A stretch of 64,000 bases of DNA from Trichosphaerium sp. ATCC 40318 (lineage: Eukaryota > Protista > Tubulinea), in assembly GCA_038496445.1 (NCBI GenBank), contig JALMLS010000516.1, forward strand, positions 372,001 to 436,000, given 5' to 3'. The notes below the pieces were generated by a model. The model was not told where the DNA came from, made no database searches, and worked only from the letters and a program-made list of their open reading frames with translations. Positions 54,266 to 64,000 of the stretch are shown in pieces. Within the stretch, counting starts at the first letter, position 1; every line of letters starts with the position of its first letter. Made by a program: the position numbers and the translations under genes.

Positions 54266-54847
54266 AAAATAGCTTAAATTAAAATGCCTTGTAAAGGGGT
54301 TGTACAGCATAAAACCCTTGCTGAGGGTGCTACAAAAGTGTTAAACAGTACAGAATATAAAAAAAAATACCTTCAATTCGCCAGCTTTGCACTGATGTGG
54401 GTGTTAAATACAATTTAAACCCAAAATCACTATGTAAAATGGAGATTATGAAAACAAAATTCCAAAAATAGCAAAAGACACAGAAACCAAAAATTGACAA
54501 ATTCTCAAAAAGTTTAGTTTTTGTTTGAGCTACAGTGGCCATCACCAAATTTTTTCACATGCTGCAGTTATAACCATGGCTTCATATTTGTTTTTAAAGA
54601 ACAAAACAAGTTTGGAGTCTTGGTGATGGATTCTATAACAACATCAGGATGTTCTTAAAAAAACAGTTAACAAATCAATAAAAGCTGTTTAAAACACTCA
54701 AAATAAAAAAAATTGCAAACTCAAAACTCAACCATCTCACCTCAAAGCTGATCACCTCCAATCGTTAACAATAAAACATTGTATTTGCACGTGTGGTTAT
54801 TGTCGTCCACAGCACAATAAACCCACCTAAAAAAAAAAAAAAAAAAG

Positions 54848-54955
54848 GGTTTTGTACAGGTCAAAAGTACAGAACCTGTACAGGTTAAGTATGGGTCAAA
54901 AGTACAGGTTTTGTACAGGTTTAGTACGGGTCAAAATTCTGATTCCAGTACTGTA
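54848..54955. repeat. ~35-bp tandem repeat with palindrome AACCTGTACAGGTT, ending CCAGTACTG|TA (possible DNA-transposon terminus)
   Basis: Units TCAAAAGTACAG....TGTACAGGTTNAGTAYGGG about 2.5 times; a 28-nt identical stretch recurs at 57898-57925. Confidence 0.7.
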
Positions 54956-54959
54956 TTTC

Positions 54960-56560
54960 TTTGTCAGTAATAGGATTTGAAACATGTTTTGTGATCCTTG
55001 CAATAAACCTTCCAAAAAGTCTGAAAAAGCATTTTCATCCCCTGACCAAAGTGCATACAAGTTTTTTTTGTAATATAACAATCCTTTGTTAAGCATACCT
55101 GGAAGGTGAGAATTGGGTGGGTGGTTCACTGAGTGTCTAAGTTTTTTGATGCACTGTGAAGCCAGTTTGTCTTTAAAAACTTTAGTTAAGTAGGGTGAAG
55201 GAGTTTTCTCATTAGTGACATGAGAAACTTGTGAACACATGTTGTGTTTTGATGTTTTTTAAAAGAGCTGACAGAAGTGACATCCATTCTATCCAACAAC
55301 TCCCTCAAGACTGCAAAAACATGTGATTTTTTCCAAACAACTGGATTTAAGTGCCACGGCTTGTGTTGCTTACTAGAAAGAGAGAAAGTAACAAGTAAAG
55401 TGTGGTGATCAGCACCTGGAATATTAATTGAGTGAATGCACTTAACTTTCGATAACCATTTTTGTTTCACAAAAATATAGTCAATGTGACTGGATGTGCC
55501 AGAAAAGGAGGTGAAGGTATGGCTGGGTTTGCCATACCACAATGATATGTCAACAAAACCAAGGCTACTCATGATACTGGCCATAGTGTCATAATTGCAA
55601 GACTTTTTTGAAGAACTGGGCGTCATGCACATTGAAATCGCCCATCACAAATTCAGAATTGTGCATGAACTGTTTTAGTTTCATTTCAAACGGCAAAGGG
55701 TGGCCATGAAAACAGAGATGTGGTGACAACTGAGAAGGACCCAACTTTGGTGTGTATCTTAAGGAGACACCAGAGAAGAGTTGATAGGCGAAGTGTTGAA
55801 CAACATTGTGCCATTGCCTTTTGAGGCGTGATCACATGTGAACCAACCTTTTGTGTATAAATCTGTATTAAGCTGCTGGTGATTAGTCTCAGTTAGTGGC
55901 AATAAATTAATTTTGAGGACAATACAAGCCAAACAGGTTTTATTAATGTTATGAAAGCCCTAGTGTTAGATGTACTGTGAAATCAGGCATTGCCTCCTTT
56001 GTGTTTTTTCTTGTTGGTAGATTCTAGTCACCTGTTACTTTTGTGCTTAGTGTACTTGGTAAGCTTGGAAGGGGTAAAGGTGGTGTCGTCCAATCCACAG
56101 CATAGTCCTTTTATATAAAGACCAAGATAGTGTGAACATTGACCACCATATCAGTGATCTTTTTATGTTTGGTCTTGCCATCTTGTTGGGCTGTAGCGTT
56201 AAAACAGATCATAACAATTAAGGAAAGCTTGACTTTGGTGACTAGAAGGCTTTCTTCTATCGCTTTGGCGACTTCAACATAGCTTGTGGTACTGGCGCCA
56301 TTTTCAAGCACTTTTGGATGAGCTTTGAGGAAAACTTCCACATTGGACAGTGTCTTATCAGAGTGGAGTGTATGTTCATTTTGTTGATTGATTGGTTGAA
56401 TACAGTAAAATTGTCCTTACTAGGGCTATATGTAGTCTTAGAGCCAGTAGTGGGGAAGTTAGGGTTGTATTGGGTGGAACTGTCATCTGTAAACTTCGAT
56501 TTAGGTGGCGTGGCAGGAGTATAGTGCATATCAGCTCAGGTGGTCTGGGTAATGTCTAGA
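54960..56560 (-). mobile_element. Decayed L1/Tx1-like non-LTR retrotransposon fragment (ORF1 remnant plus APE endonuclease), no RT seen
   Basis: Frameshifted APE motifs SNTRAF, LTETN, VMGDFN, SHIDYIFV, GADH, then PWHLN and PSPYL; intronless; multiple stops. Confidence 0.8.
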
Positions 56561-56699
56561 TTACGAACACCACATTGAGCTGGTGAGTTACCAGAAGGTA
56601 TGGTGTGGGCTAAGTAGTTTCAATGACAATGCTAAGAGAAAAAAGAACATGAAGTGGCTGTGTTTAGTGAGAGTGAGTTGTTGCATAGTGTGAGTTTAG

Positions 56700-57800
56700 T
56701 TAATGTGGTCTAAAAGAAAGTTGTATGAAAGAGAAGGATAAACACACAGCCAAGAAGCTGGCAAAGCCAGCTTCTGGCTGTGAAAAGTGTAATTTATGTC
56801 ACCCACAGCTAACTAGTCTATATACTAGTAACAGTTCAGTGAAAACAACTATAATTATATTCAACAAAGAAGTTGTTGCACGCTTTGCTTGGTTAAGAAA
56901 GCCTTCCAAAATATTTCAAACCAAAGTTGAGCAGTTAACTTTGATGGAGGATGAAGCCATGCTCACTGGTTTTAAGGATATTATGGCTCAATTTCTCCAT
57001 TAACAAAGTATATGCTTTAACAAGACCAGGTACATGTATTGAATTTGATGAACAACACTCTAGACCTCAACAAATGGCATCAAAGCCCCATATATGCCAC
57101 TGCAACTGTCATTTGTTCAAAAACACAAAAAATTGTTCAAAAACATGCTGATGCTGCTATCAACAAAGCTTATAACTGCTTTAGCAAAGAAAAAGCTTTT
57201 AGAAATCATGGTATGTGGTATTTGGCATCAAACTTAACCAAGATAGATCATTTAGTCAGTAATGAATCCAGTGGAGTTGCTAAGTAAATACATGATGTTA
57301 TTGAAGCTATTCCTAGACATGGCAGCTTACAACATCATTACAACATAGCATAAACAATGAAAGGTAGTTAAAAAACTCAGAACATTTAGGAATCAACACT
57401 GAAAAGCACATGGGAACTACTTGTACCAAGAACTGCAAAAAATCCCAATACCTGCAATATTAATTGATACCATGTGATGTCAATTTTATTGCAATGTGTA
57501 ATTTCTGGTATTCCAAACACAATATCCTTTAATAAAGTTCAAAATGTAGCTTTTTGTTGGTTTTGTTGTTCTATTGCATAACTTTGGGGGCAGCATAGTA
57601 TACTACTACTCATGGTGGTTTGAGATCACCATTATTAGGCAAAAATGACAGAAAGTATGTACTTGGAGTAGTTTAAGGATATTATGGCCTAATGGCTCTA
57701 TTGAACCACTTTTAAGTGACTATGCTTCAAGCATTTTCTGAAATAGTTGTCAAGTTGTGGATATTAAGTTAAGTTTTAGTACAATAAGGCATGATGACTA
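56700..57800 (+). pseudogene. Decayed ORF remnant, probably TE-derived, family unrecognised
   Basis: Overlapping broken ORFs 56725-57287 with CxxCxxC and stops; lies inside the CpG-free island. Confidence 0.35.
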
Positions 57801-57879
57801 AAATGTCTTTCAAGCAGGTTACATGATTTAGTGGTAATGGGGTTGTAATGTATTGTAATGTTGTATTGTAATGTAAATG

Positions 57880-57934
57880 TAGGTAAAGTATGAGTTGAAA
57901 GTACAGAACCTGTACAGGTTAAGTACAGGACAAA
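57880..57934. repeat. Second copy of the palindrome-containing repeat unit
   Basis: AAAGTACAGAACCTGTACAGGTTAAGTA identical to 54864-54891, same orientation. Confidence 0.75.
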
Positions 57935-58240
57935 GAGAAGTGCTCAAAGAGATATGACAGGAGATAGCCTCTAACTTAGCTATTTGATTATATATTGTTA
58001 GAGATGAAGTCATTTTGGTTGTTGATAATGTTGGGAAGAAATTCCAGATCTTTTGTCCAACGAGGCAAAACATGACACATATTTTTTGGCACAAAATCTG
58101 TACATTACACAACATACTTTCAATTTTACTGTAATTTTTATTTCAAATCCACCTGAATTGAGGTTGTGTTTCATGATGTTAAAGCACATATTAAATGATT
58201 TTGAACTGTAACACTTAAAATAAAAGCCAAAAACTGTTTA

Positions 58241-59663
58241 TTACAAATCATTATCTAATAATTTATCATCAGCTTGTAAAGCTTTAAACAAATTAATAAC
58301 TTTTGTAATTGCTTGTTTAGTTGAAGTGAATGGAATCTTATCTGCACCATCCAATAAATCACTCAAGCCAGAGTAGTCGTACTTGTAAGCAATTACAAGT
58401 TCTGGTTTGCTTTTATCTATGCTGATGTACTTGGATGCATCTGGCAACTAACAAGCTTGTTAGTTTGACTACTTTATATTGGAACTGTACCACTTCAGTG
58501 ACAAGAGACACAAATTTCTCAACAGTTATCACATCACACTTGATATTCAGCGCATAGGCTCCTTTTTTGGTGGATACAGCACAAGCAACAAAGGTAGCAG
58601 CCACATCATCAACATAATTAAAGCCAGTGAAGCCAGTAAACTCTATTGTGTACTTTCTCTGAAGCAAGCAGGCTAAAACAGGTCAGGAAAGCAGATTTAA
58701 GAGACTCAGTCAACTAAAGAAGTTACCTTTTATGGCCTTTGTCGGTGCTGATGTCAATCCAACCTCACGGCCAACACCAAAAATAGTTAGTGGTCGCAAT
58801 CCAACAGAATCAATGCCGTCATGGATGCTGCATGTCAAATCAGCAAAATGCAGTACAAAGATACAACGTACTTGTAGGCACGTGCATTGCCTTCATTTGC
58901 AATTTTGTACACGCCATAGTGAAACTCTGGATGGTGATGCTCGTCATCGAGAAGTGCATCACGTGAATAGTCAGCTTGACGCGACGCCACTCCAGCAGAT
59001 GACGCATACACAACACGTGGAGCTGGCTTTCCTGCCTGCTTCATGGCCTTGGCTGCTTCGAAGACCTAACACGCCCATCAGCCATAAAGTATGCGAAATA
59101 AAAAACGTATACGTTGATGGTTCCCAATACATTGACCTGCGCTCCCAAAACTGGATTTGCCTGACAACTTGGAATTTGTAACGCGGCTGTACACTAGGAT
59201 AAGCCATTAAGTTTCTAACGCTGTACGGTACCTAAATGGATGATGTGCGTTGGTTCAAAGGCCAAAACAGACTCCTAAAAAACAACCCAAATCAGAATGT
59301 GTACTAGTGTGTCGTGCACGCGCCTTTACGAAAGCAGTATCCGCCACAGAGCCGTAGCATCTACGACACGTTAACGATAAAATTTGAAAAGGGTACAAAT
59401 ACCTTTCAATACTTGCCACCTGTTCACTGGTCAATACTTGCTTGTATATACCGTCGTTTTGCTTTAAATCAAGAACCATAATCTTTTGAGGCTTTACAGT
59501 CTCTAATAAGCGCTTGCAAATCCATGTGCCTATTAGACGTGAGTGTTAGCCGTTTTACAGTACCGTACCGAGGAAGCCCTGTCCACCTGTAATGAAAAAT
59601 CTTTCTAAAAGTCAGACTACATTTCTAGCACCAAAAAAAACAACTTTACCGCGTTTTTGACAT
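58241..59663 (-). CDS. NAD-dependent epimerase/dehydratase (extended SDR)
   Basis: FFITGGQGFLG, IIHLA, INVLGTINV, VVYASSAGV, HYGVYK (YxxxK), GLRPLTIFGVGREVGLTS, FNYVDDVA. Confidence 0.92.
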
Positions 59664-59842
59664 GCCAAATTAACTCGTGTTTGTTGTTTTTGTGATGTGT
59701 CAAAATGACTTGTTTTCTTACACAACTTAAAAAGCGTGTACCAAAAACACTCGCCAAGAATACCACGCAAGATGTTTTTAAGCTACAATTCATGGAGCTC
59801 ACTATTTTACATAACGTGTAAACTTCGAGCCTGTTGCTTACG

Positions 59843-60345
59843 ATGAAGCCAGTTGTACCAAAACCGGATAGAATTGATGGTTGGCGCGCACGTGCTGGCT
59901 GTTTGCTGGTTTCCGCTGATGAACGGCGCGTGTTGCTCATTTCGAGCTCAAGCAACCGCAACAAGTTTATCATACCTGCAGGTGCGATCTAACGGTGTAA
60001 CAAACGAAGAGAGATAGAATAGAATTTTACCGTAACGGTTTTCATTTAGGGGCCTTAGAATTAGATGAGTTCGATAACCCCATGAATGGAGCTACACGCG
60101 AGACGTACGAAGAAGCTGGCGTAAAAGGTAGCATTGTATGCACGTTGGGTGTATTTGAAAACCACAAAAAGAAAACAAGAACGCACTTCTACGGCATGCA
60201 CGTAGAGCAAGAGCTCAAAGACTTTCCTGAAAGCACCTTTAGAAGCCGCAAATGGTTCGACGTGTCCGAAGCGCTCAAGCAATTGGAACATAGGCCATTG
60301 CAACAATCAGTGTTGAAGCGCTTTATATCTCAACGCAACACTTAG
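59843..60345 (+). CDS. Nudix hydrolase, DIPP/NUDT3-like diphosphoinositol polyphosphate phosphohydrolase
   Basis: RARAGCL, VLLISSS, IIPAGG-like, ATRETYEEAGVKG Nudix box, LGVFEN, RTHFY, RSRKWF. Confidence 0.88.
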
Positions 60346-60567
60346 CCAACGGTTATTGCTACTACTAGCCTTTTTTGTCGAAATGATCATGTTAGGAAAA
60401 ACAATAAAAAACCTGTATCCTTCCATACTTGAGTCACTGGTTTAGTTAGGACGCGTTTAATAGCGCACGGCAGTCCTTGTTGCGGTGTGGTTAGTTGTAA
60501 TTGCAGTGCTAGTTAAGGGAGGTAACCCCCAAAAAAGTTGTACGAAAAACTAAACAATTAATACACA

Positions 60568-62884
60568 ATGGATGAGCTCGAGGACCTCTTAAATGATATA
60601 TCTGCAAATAAAACGCCTCGCACAGCTCCACCGATGTCTGTGCAGAGTACAACCAGTACTGAGCCGTTTAATACCAGACAACCTATTGCTTATACTCCAA
60701 AGCGGTAGGTACTCAAGGTACAGACGAACTGGAGCAATTAATGGCAGATTTGGGCGGAGCTGGTTCACGACCGCCGCAACGAAAGCCCAAACAGCGCCCA
60801 CAGAACCCTCGTAAGCAAAAAATAGTTTTGACGCAGTTTGTTCGTTAATTTAGGAATACTAGCCCCAAACGCGTTGGATGACCTCGATACCCTGATGGCT
60901 GACTTACAAGCGGCGCCACGATCCACAAAAAAGGCACCACCTCCCGAAGAGAGTGGAGACGGTTTAGACGAGCTAGATGCGCGTAGAACATGCACTTAAC
61001 GTTAGCTGACGACAATTTATAGCAATTGATACAAGGACTGAAATCGACCGGCAACACCATGCGTGGAAAGTCTCAAAGACAAGTTATCGCAAATCCAACT
61101 CAGCCAGCAGCTGCGCCTGTTCGCAATGACCGCGCTAGTGGCACAATGAGAAGCTCGACAACGAGCCTAGGCGAATTAGACGAACTCATGGCAGACTTGA
61201 CATCTGCCAGCATAAACCCACCGCCGCGTGCCACTCACAACGAACCAACACGCCCTGCACCACCAAGCTCAACAGATACTTTAGACGACTTGCTTAAAGA
61301 TTTAGCTGGTCCACAAGCAACCATACAACCACACCCGCCACTTCCACAGCGACAACACTCACGCCCTCCTCCAGCAGCTACACAGTCCCGACGATCATTT
61401 GACAACAAGTCAAACTCTTCTAGCGACGAGTTGGCTCAATTGATGCAAGATCTAGGTACATATTTATCCCACTCGTTTTTCTGTTTTGTCAAGTGCGAGC
61501 AACCTCACTAACTCTCCATGCCAAAGAGGGCACCTCATCCAGATCCAATACCAAGACACCACAACGCACAGCCCCAAAACCAGCAACGAATGCTAAGGTG
61601 TCAAAGTCGGACGTAGACAACCTCATCAGCGATCTGACAGCACCCAAGAACGAAGGCAAGCCGCGTCAACACTTTGTCACAATTGGCAGTACAAAAACTA
61701 ATTTTGTTGTAGGATCAAACAGCAGTCATATTGCACGTGGCAGGCCTGCTGCTTCTGGCAGGCAAGAACTAAATGACCTTCTAGCAGACTTGGGTGCTTC
61801 TAACTCAGCCGGTATGGTTGCTTTAAATACGTGATTGCACGCTCATTTATACGTCACACATAGGACCTAGCAACATTGATAATATTTTATCTAATCTCTC
61901 GGAAACACCAGTTGTACAATACGGCTCCAATTCACAAAATCAAGTAGGCAGCGTTGCAGCACCACCCCAAATGGACCCCAATGCTAGTTTCGTGCACGCA
62001 AGTGCAATGCCACCACAAGGTGGACAATATGGCGGTGGATACGGCATGCAACAAGGTGGGCATCCAGGCATGCCTCCACAACAAGGTGGCGGACAGATGG
62101 GTGCAGGTCAGCAGGGAGGTATGTATCAACAACCTCAACAATCAGGCCCGGCTTGTGCACGCTGTATGAAGGTACTAGGCGTAGCCTTAACTTGTTTTGT
62201 CAAGCGTATCTCTATTTTATGAGTCATCCATTAATCCCTCAAAAGGTGGTGCAAGGACAAGGTGTAAGTGCACTGGGAAAACTGTGGCACATGAACTGCT
62301 TTGTTTGCATGAATTGTATCCGTACGTTCCCAGGAGGTAACTTTTTTGAAAAACAAGGACAGCCGTACTGCCAATCGTGCTTTTACTCTGGTTTCGCTCC
62401 AATGTGCAAGTACGTTCTTTCTAGTAAGGCCACAGAGAGATTAAACATTCTTTTCGCATAGGTCCTGCAACAAACAAATATTTGGATCCTACATTAGCGC
62501 TTTGGGCGCCACGTGGCATCCAGATTGTTTCACGTGCCACACGTGCAAAAAAGCGTTCGCCAACAACGTATTTTTCGAATACAGCGGCATGCCGTACTGT
62601 GAAGTCCACTATGCAAAACACACAAGTATTGTCTGTGCCACTTGTAATGCGCCTATCATTGGCCCTTGCGTTGAAGCCTTCAGTACGTCCAACATTTTGG
62701 GGTTTTTTTTGTTTTTCAAACTCAAGACATTCCTGTCAACAACCGCTCATTCCGCTTAGACAAGAAATATCACAATAATTGCTTTGTTTGTACGTTTTGC
62801 AACAACAGCCTGGCAGGTGGCTCTTACATTGAAAAGAATAATTCGCCATACTGCCGAACATGCCATAGAAGACTGTTTGGCTAA
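60568..62884 (+). CDS. Paxillin-like LD-motif/LIM adaptor (three LIM domains)
   Basis: MDELEDLLNDI and repeated LDxLMADL motifs; LIMs CARC..ALGKLWHMNCFVC, ALGATWHPDCFTC, CATCNAPI..KYHNNCFVC. Confidence 0.9.
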
Positions 62885-63086
62885 ACAACAACCTTGTAAT
62901 TGTGAAATAAAATGTGTGTCCATTTAATCGACCCCCACTGCATACAAACTGAGCTCCACAAAGAAAACAAAAATAGTAAAATGCTGCACAAATGAAGGCA
63001 ATCCAATTTATGCGAGTTTTGTGTGCTGTACATGAGGTTGTGCATAAAAAGAAAGGGTTTGTTCCAAATATGTGTCATAGCAATTT

Positions 63087-64000
63087 TTAAGGTACAAAAA
63101 AATCTAGTAGCCAAGTTTTAAATCTACCAGGCGCTTCCATGTAAGCGTCCATAACGGCTCTAGCATCAGCCTCCGATGGCATTCTGATAAATGCACGTCC
63201 CTGTATTTCAGGGCGATCAGCACGGAGGTCATCGCCAATGAATACCTTGGCGCTCGCAACTGTAGCGTAATCTAAGCATAGGTCAGACTATTTTTGTTCT
63301 CAAAAAACAAAGAAAAGCAATGTTATCATGAAGAGAGTTAAAGTGTGTCGCACCTCTGATAAGATTGACCACTTCATTGCGATCGCGTGGAGCTGTGAAT
63401 AGGCATGTAATGCGCAAAACTTCGCTTGGTGGGTTCCTAATACGTGCATAAGTTGGATGAACGCTTCCAGTACAACAACCACAGGGATAGTATTGTTTAG
63501 AGCGTAGGTACACCGAAACAAAAAAAAAAAACCCAAAGTTTCGCACTTTACTACTGGGTCAGTGTTTTCTAGCCACATGCGACCTCCTTTGAAAGGCTTC
63601 CCACCGAGATTGAACGCCTTTCTGGCATCGTTCCAGGTGTAGAACCACACGAAGAATATCCTAAAAATGAGCAACTTAGTTTTAAACACAACACGGTAGT
63701 GTGATATCGTACGCTCCACGCCTTGTATCAACTTGTTTAATTTCAGCCACTTCCAGCTTGTGCTCCTTGAAAAATCCGACAATCTCGCCTGTACGTGCTT
63801 GGACATTTCGGACCAATAACCTACAAGAGGTGCAATCATTGCGCGGATCAAGCTTTTTCTTGGTGTCACCTTCAGATTCGCCTTTAATAAAAGTGAGACA
63901 CCACAGCAGGTAACAAAATGGCGGCTCTTACTCAATGAAGACTCATCACTTGATTCGTAGTCTTCCATGGTGACATCTTTTCCTGCTTTAGAGGCAGGTG
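63087..64000 (-). CDS. Probable two-RRM RNA-binding protein, 3' part (start may be outside the window)
   Basis: Acidic linker, RLLVRNV, FFVWFYTWNDARKAF..GKPFKGGRM; second GRAFIRMPSEADARAVM. Confidence 0.6.

Noticed and set aside
54848-54940. CRISPR-like array
   Set aside because: Units are contiguous without unique spacers, no cas genes are present, and the context is eukaryotic

Overview
Gene-dense, intron-rich EUKARYOTIC genomic DNA, not prokaryotic. Introns are mostly 40-90 nt with GTACGY/GTGCGT-type donors and CTAAY branch points, and the standard code fits every gene model I built. Gene content (GbpD-like RasGEF-cNMP-GRAM-cNMP protein, Rab32, class C GPCR, paxillin-like protein) suggests an amoebozoan protist (inference). 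About 26 protein-coding genes were reconstructed by hand across introns, so internal exon boundaries are approximate. A ~4 kb island of decayed transposable-element sequence lies at ~54.2-58.2 kb. Highlights: (1) a class C GPCR whose ectodomain is a bacterial TtrS/PhnD-type sensor domain; (2) a CpG-depleted zone centred on the TE island that spreads into the two flanking genes, with direct CpG-deamination variants in a repeat; (3) many GC-AG introns and one probable GA-AG intron; (4) several unusual domain architectures: DEP-Sec3, F-box plus Arf-like pseudo-GTPase, J-domain-less membrane-anchored DnaJ, a paxillin-like protein with ~10 LD motifs, a PIP5K pseudokinase, and an RluA lacking the catalytic Asp. 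No tRNA, rRNA or CRISPR array was seen.
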